The translations under genes were made by a program, and so were the position numbers. This document shows positions 11,901 to 21,250 of a stretch of 64,000 nt of DNA, piece after piece. The notes beneath the pieces are model-generated. The model had not been told where the DNA came from. It worked only from the letters and a program-made list of their open reading frames with translations, and made no database searches. Position 1 is the first letter of the stretch. The number at the start of each line of letters is the position of its first letter. Source of the stretch: Tubulanus polymorphus (taxonomy: Eukaryota; Animalia; Nemertea); assembly GCF_964204645.1 (NCBI RefSeq), contig NC_134034.1, forward strand, positions 1,116,001-1,180,000, read 5' to 3'.

Positions 11901-14900
11901 ATAATCTGTGATATACTGAAAACTCTTAATCCATAAAACCTGCAACAATACAAATTATATTCATAATCGTTAACTGGTTAAATTAATCTGTAATGATAAT
12001 GAATTCATTTTAACTCCGCGGGTCGGTTCATAGTCAGGGCTTTAAGACCACGGCAGATTGAAGACCATGTGATGACCATCTTAGTTCTATAGCCTATCTA
12101 ACGACTCTAAGACCAGTCTAAACTCATTTCAGTTCTATAGCCAATATAACAACTTAAGACCAGTTTAAGCTCATCTTAGTTCTATAATCAATCAAACAAC
12201 TTAAGACCAGTTTAAGCTCATCTTAGTTCTATAATCAATCAACAACTTAAGACCAGTTTAAGCTCATTTTAGTTCTATAACCAATCTAACAACTTAAGAC
12301 CAGTTTAAGCTCATTTTAGTTCTATAACCAATCTAACAACTTAAGACCAGTTTAAGCTCATCTTAGTTCTATAATCAATCAAACAACTTAAGACCAGTTT
12401 AAGCTCATTTTAGTTCTATAACCAATCTAACAACTTAAGACCAGTTTAAGCTCATCTTAGTTCTGTAACCAATCTGACAACTTCGGATCAGTTTAAGCTC
12501 ATCTTAGTTTTATAGCTAAGCTAACAACTTAAGACCAGTCTGAAGATTGAAGATCACTTTAAGACTTTAGAAATGGCTCCCGGTTGAGTTAGAAACGAGC
12601 TAAAGATTGAAATCTAAACTGAAAATTTCGCAAATGAATCCAGAAAATAACGCGCACCTTTTTAAAACCGAGTCCGCCCTCGAGACGGTTGAATTCGCGT
12701 TCGACTTTACCGTCATCCTCCTGAACGGCTAACCACTTCTCACAGCTGAAGTAGTAGTTCACGCCGGTGTTACAGTCTCTGACGATTATACGGCTGATAT
12801 ACCAACTCGGGTCATTACCCTGATTATTGTGCCAGATCTGAACTCTGTGCACGGTGCCAATTGAATCGGGCAGCCTGAAAAATATCAAACAGTATATCGT
12901 CAGTCTTCAGTTGGTTTTCAAAGATAAATTATTTTCTATAATTTTCAAAATGGCTCATAGAATTAAGTTTAAACGTCACTACTCTCTTAGTTTTTGAAAA
13001 TGTCTGATAGAATTGAGTTTAAACGTCACTACTCTCTTAGTTTTTGAAAATGTCTCATAGTATTGAGTCTAAACGTCACTACTCTCTTAGGTTTTGAAAA
13101 TAGCTCATAGAATTGAGTCTAAACGTCACTATACTCTCTTAGTTTTTGAAAATGTCTCATAGAATCGAGTCTTAACGGGTCACTACTCTCTTAGTTTTTG
13201 AAATTGGCTCATAGAATTAGATTCTAAACGTCACTGTAGTCTGTCCGCTTCAATACATCTGCTCGGAATTCGTCCGTCTGCCTGTTTTGGAGCAGATTAA
13301 ATCACTCCGATCACGGAACTGACTCTTCCCGTGCCGATAAAACGTATCAACAATGATTCATGTACTCAACTCAAAAGAGCTGATGAATTTCCTTCCGTCG
13401 AGCGGCGATAAAAACGAAAATGCGATTAATTCCCGACAACAATCGACGTCACGGTAATGATAATAATTCTTCCATTGTAACCGTAGCGATGTCGGCGTGC
13501 GGTTTAACGTTGCGCAGGTATATCCCGTCTTTAATTAATCAGTCATTGTCATGGTAATCGTCATTCATCGACTCAACAATCGATTATAAACGCCGCCGAT
13601 TTTAATGGTTTTATCGTCACGAAATTTAACGATCACGTTATATCGCTATCTTTAGTTACTAGAATCGATTAACAGAAAATCCACGATATCAATTTAATGT
13701 TAATGGTTTTTTCTTAGGTTTCGGGTGGAATCCTACCACTTCCACCCATTTCGAGTGGAATCCTTCCGCTTCCACCCAACTTCGGAGTTTATTTCGAAAT
13801 TCAAAATATTCTCAAAACGTTTAAGGGGTTCTGCGCGAGATGATGTGCGCTACATCATCGATATTGGGGCGTTTCAAAATAACAACAGTTACAAATGTGA
13901 ATTTTTGCTTCTATTTTATTATTTGTAATCAAACACATTTCATCGATCTTATCGTCTATTTAATCAATTTCCATATGCGAGGAATTTTATGCAAGGACCG
14001 TAAACTATGTCATGAATATCACGGGGCTAGACTGGTTGCCAGTCAATTCAATTCAATTATCGATATATTCAAATCTACATTAACTAAACCCTTTCAGTGC
14101 TGACTAATCAATACCCTTCAGTGCTGGAGATAATTTGAAAATTTTGAAAAATTCCACCCTAGTGTGTTGAATAACGGGAATACCACTATAGTGCGTCTAC
14201 ACCGCGGTGCAGTGTATCATTAGTTACTAATATTTCACTATGTTTGACAGGTGCTGCCATCTTTCAAGAGAGATAATTACTAATTACTAATTAAATCAAT
14301 ACACTGCAGAGCAGTGTACTAGCAAAATCCATCACCGATTCATACACCGCACTGCGGTGTAGACGCACTGAAAGGGTTAAGTTACATTGATTGATCCTTA
14401 ATAATTATATATAATTAATCTATATAACATCATTTATTGTTGATAATATTTCGCGATTAATTTTCAAGGCGTCTGAAAAACCTTTTACGAGTTTTCCTCG
14501 TTTTACTTACATCATGACAAACGTGTGTCGCGAGTTGCGTTCGAACGTCGGTTGAACGTCGTCGCCGATCAACTCGCGAGTTTCCGACACGCCCTCGTCG
14601 CCGTGCAACACGACGCTAACCTTCGCCGACGTTCCCGCGCCCTGTCGGAATCCCGTTTCTATGGCGATGTGATAACACTGTCGGTCGGTGTGCGAGTTGT
14701 CTAGGAGATACAGCGGTTCTTTGTTGCGTTGTTTTTCCAGCTCGTCTAAACGATGACAGATCGTCACGCAGATGACATAAACGACGAGGATAGCGGCGAC
14801 CAGAGCGACCGTTACCGGATTCTTACTCACGCTGAAATTTCAATAACGAGAAAAAAATAAATAAATTCCCCTCAAATTCATCTCCATAAATTCCCCGATT

Positions 14901-17900
14901 TATCTTTGAATTGCACAAAAATTATTCCTATTTGAATCGGGCAGAAATTTATCTTTTTTTCGATCGCGAAAAAATTATCATTTTTTTTTAATCTTGCAAA
15001 AATTTATTTTCATTATAATTGTGCGCAAAAATTTATTTCTATTTGAATTCGAAAAATGTGATTTTATTCGGTAAAGATTTCATTTTAAAAATTTTGTATT
15101 AGAAAATTTGTTTCATAAATTTTGCGTTGGAAAATAATTTTTTTTTCCATAAGTTTCGTATCAAATTTTCTAACACATTACATAGAAGAAAATTTATTTC
15201 TTTGATTTTCTAAATTCACTTTAAAGCAAAATCCTTTAAATCGAAATCGCCAGAGTTTTCTCTGAGATTCTTGGTATCGGACAAATTTCGAATCGCTTAT
15301 TTTCCTGATTATATCTTTCGTTAATTTTCAACTTTTAAAATTTTGAATTCTACAATTTCAAAATATCAAATGTCAATATTTCAAGATCTTAAATTCCAAA
15401 ACTTCACACATTGTGAGATAACACAGGTTTTGAGATTTCACAAAACTCACTCGAAGAAATCGTCGACATTTTTGAAGTCGAGGTCGTTGGGAACGAGTTT
15501 AAAATGGCCGCCGAACGACGTGAGATGAGCGCACGAGCAGTTGATGGCGTCGCGGGTCGACGTCGACGAGATGGCGCAGCCGTCTGCTCGCCACTCGTCG
15601 CCGCGCTCGTCCCAATAGAGACAACTCCCCCACCAAACGCTCAATGTGTACTCCCGCTCGCGGATTTGGTTGCTACGGCTACGGCCTTTGTTGTAATCGG
15701 CGTCGAGGATGCCCAGCACGTACTGACCCGGTTCTGAAATTAGATTGAAAAATTTTCGGAATTCTTATATCGATCGGAAATCATAAAAGCTCAGTTAAGA
15801 CTTTGAATAAGACCGGGCTAAGCTTATTTCAGTCCAGTTCCACAGTTAAGACTTAAGATAAAACCGGGCTAAGCTAATTTTCATCCAGTTCCACATTTCA
15901 GAAAAAGACCAGCATCAACTAATTTCAATACAGTTCCACAGTTGATACTTAAGATTAGATCGGGCTAAGCCAATCTTAGTTCATTTCTATAGTTGACTTG
16001 AGACCGGGTTAAGCTCATTTTGGTCTAGCTCCACAGTTGAGACTTAAGATAAAACCGGGTTAAGCCGATTTCCACAAGCATACAGGATGACATAGTCATT
16101 CAGAATACTAGAAACACGTTTGACATTTCGCAACAAGAATAATTGGTACAAAAAAATCAACATTGAAAAAACAATTCGCTGACATAAAAAATAAATATCA
16201 AGCAAATTTTCACGTTATTTTCGGCCCCAGTCGCTTTTAATGCCTATCTTGACATTTATGGATTCTAATAATAAAACTCGTGACATTTGGAAAGCTCGAA
16301 TGAATGTATGTAAAATAATTCAATGACATTAGTCTCTATGCGTGGAGAAAAAAACACGCGCCGGTAATTTGAATCCTTGATGGAGAAAACAGAACTAGTA
16401 GAGAACAGCAACCAACACGAGCTAACGAGAGAAATTCCACAATAACGAAGCCAAGATTCTATATCGGAATGATTGTTTTTGAGGAGCGACGTTTCGGCTA
16501 ACAACTGTTAGCCATCATCAGGCGTACTGAGAACAAAATCAAATAACAGGATATTTATACTAGAATATGACAAATGATAAAGATTAAAGGATTATGATTA
16601 AAGTAATTAAATAACAAAAACCGGAACACTAAGGAAGGAAACAAAGTAGGCAAACGACAAACTAAAGGGGATATAATCTTTAATGTTTATCATTTGTCAT
16701 ATTCTTGTATAAATATCCTGTTATTTTATTTTGTTCTCAGTACGCCTGATGACGGCTAACAGTTGTTAGCCGAAACGTCGCTCCTCAAATATAATCATTC
16801 TGATATAGAATTTTTCACTCTTGGCTTCGTTATTGTGGAATTTCTCTCGTCATCATCATACACGGATAATGTGTATCTTCTCGTCTAACCAACACCAGCT
16901 ATTCCAATAGAGGGCGTTACGCAAACTCGGTGCGCCAACTATCCCACCAGATGGAGTTACTTACACTCACTTACGAATGAATTTTAAACTGAATTTTGAA
17001 ATTCCCAAATCACGAGACGCGTCAACAAAATATATCGAACCAATATTTCTAGTCGATGATGGGATATAGGGTACAACTTACCGGTAAAATTGCCCTGATC
17101 CAAATGTAACTTCAATTTAGTTTCATCTTTGCCGAACACTTTCTTCTGTATGAAACTAGTCGTGTTCAAAATTGATTCGTAACTAAAATACAACGAATAA
17201 AATACATAATTACAAAACATTGAATAAACTACACTAGTTCCAGAAAACATTTCAGTTTCTTTTCAATCAATGGGTTCCGAATTCCAGTCTGAGCTTCTAT
17301 TTTACTCTTTCGTCGGCAGAAATATGACAGAGGAGTCAACCAACAGACCTGCCACTCTCAACATCCTCATTCGTCTATTTATAGAATCCTCGCGATCATG
17401 AATCCGTATGCAGTTGTAGACTAGCGCCACCTAGCTGTCACACCTGAAACTTTGCTCACCTCTCTGTTTTGACACATAGGCCTGAGCGAAAATTTCAGGC
17501 ATAAAAACCAAGAGCATTTCATTCAATCCTTCCAGTCGACTGATAGTGTGCTCAACGGACACCAGGGGGATCTCAATCCAATCACAATATAGCCGGTTAG
17601 GAAAGTGCATGAAACAGACACCAGGGGGCTCTCTAAAATCAATCAATAAGCTATCGCCCGACAGGATGGTTTGCAAATCAGATACCAGGGGGCTCTTTTA
17701 GAAGGAAGTTTACTAGAACCAGATACGATAATGTATTAATTGGACACCAGGGGATCCTGAAAGTGTGTAATTCCGTCACCAGAGGGCTCTTCAATTTGTT
17801 GCTAATAACGCCACCTGGTGGGATAACCAGTACTTACTTGATAATGAGTTCAATCGGGAACAGACGTCCGACACGTGCAGGCCGTTTCAAGGTCACCTCG

Positions 17901-19393
17901 ACGAACAGAGTCTCTCGCAGGTTGCCGGCGGTGATGTTGAATCGATGCAGATTCATGCGTTCTTTGCGCAGACGATGCACGACGTACGATTCGTTGCGGC
18001 TGCGGATTCGCGGCAGGTGAATCGCGATTCGTTGATCGGTCGACAGGTCGGTGATGTTCAGACGGTCGCCGCGGCAATCGTACAGATTCAGCGACGCCAC
18101 TAACGTCTGGATCTAAAGACGGTTTGAGAAACAAATTAAAAACATGTCCGTCTCCATGAATCCCCCTATGACATCATCATCAAATTGTCTACTAATGGTC
18201 TAGACCCGTCCAGGAAAGATGTCTGCTTCCATTAATCCCCCTATGACATCATCAAATTGTCTTATAGCAATTATTGATCTATAGACACTTCCTATAAAGA
18301 TGTCTATCTCCATAAGTCCCCCTATGACATCACCGAAAGTCTAAGATTCTGAAGATTTGTTTACATCATCAATAGTAACGATTTGGGGCCAACTTGGTCC
18401 TAATTATTTTATGTATGTGAACCGTGACCCGAACTGACTTCCGTCTGTTCATTTACCGTATCCGTCTGCCGTTGATTGTAGAAATACGGGTTACGTTTGA
18501 AGGTCATCATGTGACCTTGGTAGCAATTTTCGTCGCGTTGGAATTGTATGGCCGCTCGCCGCAGCCTGCTGCTCGGCTGCTGCTGCAGATCGCTCAACAC
18601 CGATTGGATGCTGCCGGGCAGGTTGAAATACGCTCCGCTCGCCCCGATCGAATACGTCTGCTTGTCGATATCGGAGAACCGCACGGCCTTGACGGCGACC
18701 TCCGGCGCTATACGTTGCACCGGCTCCTCGCCGATCGTGTGAAATTGAAGTTTCGTCTAAAATGAGAAACAACGGAAACATTTTTTGTAAAAACTAAATT
18801 CGCCGTAATTCTATCGTGACCCTCTTTATTTGTCTTTAAGAAGCCTTCGGTCGAACGCATAGGTTTTTAGTTTCGTCCACAGCCGGAGGTGAAATGACCG
18901 CAGTTTTTACCACTGGGAAAGGAGAGTACAACCGCATGTGACAACGGCGCTGGTTTTTTTCAGACGCAGGAAAGTGAATTTGTTATTCACCCTTTGAACC
19001 GCTGTGAAAGGCGAGTACCGACGACGCTGGTTTGAACCGCGGCGAAAGGAGAGTGAAAACTGCGTTGATTGCTTTGATCCGCTGTGAAAGGAGTGTGTGT
19101 GCATGTGTGTGTGTGTGTGTGTGTGTGTTTGAAATATGAAACACCTGCATAGAAAAGTGTTGTTTCAGATAATAACCGAGCTGTGTTTCCTAAGCCGCGC
19201 TAGATTGCTCTCTCCCTCTCTCTTTCTCTCCCTCTCTGTCGGGTGTCTGTGTGTGTGTGCGGTGTGTATAGATTGCTCTCTCCCTCTCTCTCTCTCTCTG
19301 TCGGGAAGTGATTAGTTAATGTTGGACCCTGGACGCTCGTAAATCAAATTGCATTAATAAGAATATTGACTCGTTGCTGCGAGTGAGAGCGCG

Positions 19394-19424
<31 letters not shown>

Positions 19425-20698
19425 GGAGAGAGGGAGAGGAGATGATCTCTATAACTGAATAGACAATCAATATTGTTCAATTACGATCGGTTTTTTATAG
19501 AAATAATTCACTACATGTTCAATTACTGAAAACAACACGATCAGTGAGAGGAGGGGGAGGAGGGGAGGGAGGAGGGGAGGCTGGAGGGAGGGGTCAATTC
19601 ATGATTAATACATACAGTGTTTGTAAGGTAATCAAAGGAGTCTTTAGCGAGTTATATCTCATCAGCACCAGTGAATACCAAGTTCTGATTACTTCCTTAC
19701 AACATGCAGATGGATACCGGGCAGACGGACGCCGGGCAGATGGACACCGGACGGATGGACACCGGGCAGACGGACGCCGGGCAGACGGACACCGGGCAGA
19801 TAGACGCAACTTGTCAGTTTTTTTTTTCAATTTAGATTATAATGTTATTTCAATGAACGTACCTTCAACAATGTATCTATCGTATTGGTCGACTCGGTGA
19901 TCGCCGTTTTACTGATTTCCGACGCCTTTTCGATTGAAGCCGTCACGAGATTCGACGCCGATTTCACTGCGATCGTCAACAAGTCATTGTCGAGGCGACC
20001 GAGATTCGAAGCCAATTTCACCGTGGCAACCGTGAACTGAGTGAGAATATCAGTTGCGTATTGTACTGAAGCATCGAGTAACTGTAAATAGAAAATAGAT
20101 GATGTCATAGGGGGATTTATGGAGGCGGACATCTTTTATAAAAGTGTCTATAGACCAAATCACTGAGTAGACAATTTGATGATGTCATAGGGGGATTTAT
20201 GGAGGCGGACATCTTCTTTAAAAAGTGTCTATAGATCAAATCACTGAGTAGACAATTTGATGATGTCATAGGGGGATTTATGGAGGCAGACATCTCTCTT
20301 AGAAGTCCCTACAAATCAAATCACTAGTAGAAAATTTGATGATGTCATAGGGGGATTTATGGAGGCAGACATCTTCTATGCACGTAGATTATTTGATGAT
20401 GTCATAGGGGGATTACATTACCTCATCAGCGATGTTCGTCACCCAGATCAGAGCGGAGCACGTCTGCAACAGATCGACTTCCTCTCGAAGCGTCGCCGGC
20501 GACGACATTGCGCGTAATTTCTCGAGCATCGAGCAGCGTATTTGGGCGCGCGTCGCGACGGCCGCCTGCTCCGTCGACGTCGTCTGCACGCGGTTGAGAA
20601 CGTTTGATACTTGTAGTATTTGTAGCCGAGCGCGGACATTGTCTCCGCTGTTGGCGCTGTTCGACAGTTCGCTGCGTTCGCCGACCGTCTGCTCATAG
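2339..20698 (-). CDS. PKD1L1: Polycystin-1-like (PKD1L1-like) gene, 3' 21 coding exons, 5'-partial (~2,129 aa in window)
   Basis: Hand-spliced exons total 6,391 nt with canonical GT-AG sites and matching phases. Domain order is REJ end, GAIN/GPS (CSCAHL|TSF), TM1, PLAT, TMs, polycystin TOP domain, channel TMs. Motifs EGGLGFKK and IAARQRSRYLRFARPP resemble vertebrate PKD1L1 as recalled; no search was run, so the family call is firmer than the orthology. Confidence 0.88.
3045..3270 (+). repeat. ~30-bp tandem repeat with TGGAGCCACCC core
   Basis: Related arrays at 22555-22800 and 48525-48885. Confidence 0.8.
3296..3471 (-). CDS. PKD1L1: PKD1L1-like exon 20/21 (C-terminal tail)
   Basis: tcgcag|G AAT AAA ... 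GTC G|gtaag; phases 2/1 fit neighbours. Confidence 0.8.
3560..3742 (+). repeat. 39-bp minisatellite (AACTGTGGAACTGGATCCAGAGTCAAATTAAACCCACAC)
   Basis: Same family at 35680-35880, 39470-39895 and 63360-63740. Confidence 0.9.
3778..4091 (-). CDS. PKD1L1: PKD1L1-like exon 19/21 (C-terminal tail)
   Basis: tttcag|GAA TTC ACG ... TTG AG|gtgag. Confidence 0.82.
4150..4287. mobile_element. 138-bp MITE, PIF/Harbinger-like
   Basis: TIRs GAGCCAGTTCCATAGTCAGG / rc GGGCCGGTTCCATAGTCAAG with CTG target duplication. Confidence 0.75.
4597..4767 (-). CDS. PKD1L1: PKD1L1-like exon 18/21
   Basis: gtttag|ATC GTT GCT ... CCA CCG|gttag; IVAVLTYYLK...DDSDEEDTTLPP; missed by ORF track. Confidence 0.85.
5235..5459 (-). 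CDS. PKD1L1: PKD1L1-like exon 17/21 (pore-region TMs)
   Basis: tcgcag|GTG TCG TTC ... GGC TAT|gtaag; FTSLGFLLFNSASWYFSSF. Confidence 0.9.
5550..5801 (+). mobile_element. hAT-like MITE (CAGGGTGGC...GCCACCCT termini)
   Basis: Terminal inverted motif and TTCCCTGA subrepeats; related internal sequence at 56850-57170. Confidence 0.55.
5861..5968. mobile_element. 108-bp MITE, PIF/Harbinger-like
   Basis: CAG|GAACCAGTTCCACAGTT...AACTGTGGAACTGGGTC|CAG. Confidence 0.75.
6062..6196 (-). CDS. PKD1L1: PKD1L1-like exon 16/21
   Basis: ttacag|ATA CTG CGT ... TTC GCT|gtaag; ILRTLVGLLILLLCVQFLKLLQY...EILLFA; different frame from the track ORF. Confidence 0.88.
6235..6555 (+). repeat. 57-bp minisatellite (CTGGTTTTATAGACTGGG core)
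   Basis: Inverted copy of the same array at 25040-25500. Confidence 0.85.
6707..6958 (-). CDS. PKD1L1: PKD1L1-like exon 15/21 (channel TMs)
   Basis: ttatag|TTA TTA TTC ... GAT CTG|gtaag; FRSFWTWTEV...YVDMSFPALWD. Confidence 0.9.
7254..7766 (-). CDS. PKD1L1: PKD1L1-like exon 14/21 (polycystin TOP domain)
   Basis: IGEVHIRQLRV...YDNSGY...LHDNDWIDRQTRAVVVEFTIYNPSQNLF; typical polycystin motifs. Confidence 0.95.
8128..8362 (-). CDS. PKD1L1: PKD1L1-like exon 13/21 (TM6 and start of TOP domain)
   Basis: AYRLNEAVRAEF...FTSIRRINDWWTWSRTDLINALY; donor GAG|gtgag. Confidence 0.92.
8397..8920 (+). repeat. 77-bp minisatellite containing CCACCAGGTGTCGCTAGTG
   Basis: About 6 units; same family at 34955-35290, 53195-53430, 54935-55328 and 61735-61913. 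Confidence 0.9.
8932..9203 (-). CDS. PKD1L1: PKD1L1-like exon 12/21
   Basis: ttgtag|ATA ATC ATC ... TTC TG|gtacg; IAARQRSRYLRFARPPEEKHL; missed by ORF track. Confidence 0.88.
9675..9877 (-). CDS. PKD1L1: PKD1L1-like exon 11/21 (TM4-TM5)
   Basis: LPYWCRYVAWAMCF...WLQSLFFSLMVCIFITHPVL|gtgag. Confidence 0.92.
10008..10956 (-). CDS. PKD1L1: PKD1L1-like exon 10/21 (long Pro/Ser-rich cytoplasmic loop)
   Basis: tttcag|GTT CGT AAA ... TTC A|gtaag; 949 nt open, phases 0/1 fit neighbours. Confidence 0.85.
11000..11560 (+). repeat. ~79-bp minisatellite (CCATAAATCCCCCTATGACATCATCAAATT)
   Basis: Also at 9300-9570, 18140-18330, 20095-20415, 21920-22255 and 38445-38730. Confidence 0.9.
11646..11939 (-). 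CDS. PKD1L1: PKD1L1-like exon 9/21 (TM2-TM3)
   Basis: ttgcag|GTT TTA TGG; HIWGSLLTRPTYSRFLRTERITCC...FMFRRSR|gtaag. Confidence 0.92.
12018..12582 (+). repeat. MITE-derived 47-bp tandem array
   Basis: Unit matches the interior of the 4150-4287 MITE and is flanked by decayed termini. Confidence 0.8.
12658..12874 (-). CDS. PKD1L1: PKD1L1-like exon 8/21 (PLAT/LH2 C-terminal half)
   Basis: IWHNNQGNDPSWYISRIIV...YFSCEKWLAV...GGLGFKK|gtgcg. Confidence 0.92.
12945..13235 (+). repeat. ~50-bp tandem repeat
   Basis: CTCATAGAATTGAGTCTAAACGTCACTACTCTCTTAG, about 6 units. Confidence 0.85.
14089..14376. mobile_element. piggyBac-like MITE
   Basis: CCCTTTCAGTGC...GCACTGAAAGGG|TTAA termini; 28-bp inverted repeat at 14190 and 14342. 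Confidence 0.55.
14511..14831 (-). CDS. PKD1L1: PKD1L1-like exon 7/21 (TM1 and start of PLAT/LH2)
   Basis: NPVTVALVAAILVVYVICVTIC; YHIAIETGFRQGAGTSAKVSVVLHG...FERNS; donor AT|gtaag. Confidence 0.92.
15451..15733 (-). CDS. PKD1L1: PKD1L1-like exon 6/21 (GPS motif)
   Basis: tttcag|AA CCG GGT ... TTC GA|gtgag; SCLYWDERGDEWRADGC...CSCAHLTSFGG. Confidence 0.92.
15790..16075 (+). repeat. ~52-bp decayed array (CAGTTCCACAGTTGAGACTTAAGATAAGACCGGG)
   Basis: Also at 27710-28035, 29745-29855, 34320-34445 and 59345-59585. Confidence 0.75.
16488..16521 (-). ncRNA. Minimal hammerhead ribozyme core (left arm, sense in host pre-mRNA)
   Basis: CTGATGA-T-GGCTAAC(AGTT)GTTAGCC-GAAA-CGTC on the minus strand. 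Confidence 0.65.
16746..16779 (+). ncRNA. Minimal hammerhead ribozyme core (right arm)
   Basis: CTGATGA-C-GGCTAAC(AGTT)GTTAGCC-GAAA-CGTC; stem I only ~2 bp. Confidence 0.65.
17082..17182 (-). CDS. PKD1L1: PKD1L1-like exon 5/21 (small, 101 nt)
   Basis: ttttag|T TAC GAA ... ACC G|gtaag; it supplies exactly the phase-2 to phase-1 bridge that the flanking exons require. Confidence 0.78.
17838..18112 (-). CDS. PKD1L1: PKD1L1-like exon 4/21 (GAIN region)
   Basis: ctttag|ATC CAG ACG ... ATC AA|gtaag; VASLNLYDCRGDRLNITDL. Confidence 0.85.
18457..18756 (-). CDS. PKD1L1: PKD1L1-like exon 3/21 (GAIN region)
   Basis: ttttag|ACG AAA CTT ... GAT ACG|gtaaat; TKLQFHTIGEEPV...FKRNPYFY; a second in-frame donor is possible at 18439. 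Confidence 0.82.
19863..20081 (-). CDS. PKD1L1: PKD1L1-like exon 2/21
   Basis: tttacag|TTA CTC GAT ... TTG AAG|gtacg; LLDASVQYATDIL...IDTLLK. Confidence 0.85.
20422..20698 (-). CDS. PKD1L1: PKD1L1-like exon 1 of 21 in window (end of REJ region)
   Basis: tttgcag|C TAT GAG ... GAT GAG|gtaatg; YEQTVGERSELSNS...ATRAQIRCSMLEKLRAM...WVTNIADE; not in ORF track in this frame. Confidence 0.8.
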
Positions 20699-21149
20699 CT
20701 GCAAAATATCGAGAGAAAAATGATTTCGTGATTTGTCGAATTGAATGATGATTTTAGACGAGAGAGTTTCCTCTTGAGGTCCTTGTAAATACTTCAAATG
20801 TCAGGCTCCTTAGTTGTGCAAATTTAGATACAGATATAGAGAGGATGTTCTGCCAGTCAGAAATCAAACCCTCCCCCCATCTCCAGCAGCCAGAGATAAC
20901 GATATTCTACTAAACATTAAAACCACTGTTAATGGTTTAGAGCGCGCTCATGTTTCCTCAAATCAGTGTCAAATCAGCTCAACGCGCTCATGCTACAGTT
21001 CAGGGTTTCAAGTTTTCAAAAATATTTATGTCCGATCGTGCCTACCCCCCTAATCACTGAAATACTAGATCTACCTCGAGCCTACTGCTCAGATCCTGCT
21101 CAGATCTACCGATATATTATTACCACACAATTCAAAAACTCTGGAACCG

Positions 21150-21250
21150 GTTTTGCAGACTGGTATTACCTTTAACCCGGAGGCTAACTCAATTAATAAT
21201 GAATTGAATTAGCCCGCAGGTTAAAGGTAATAATACCAGTCTACGAAATA
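21150..21250. mobile_element. Fold-back palindromic MITE-like element
   Basis: AGACTGGTATTACCTTTAACC...GGTTAAAGGTAATAATACCAGTCT hairpin. Confidence 0.6.

Larger units (their letters stand above)
16425..16850. mobile_element. Long inverted repeat (~170-bp arms, ~77-bp spacer) resembling inverted Penelope-like pseudo-LTRs
   Basis: 16425-16595 is a near-perfect reverse complement of 16673-16850; each arm carries a hammerhead core. Confidence 0.7.
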
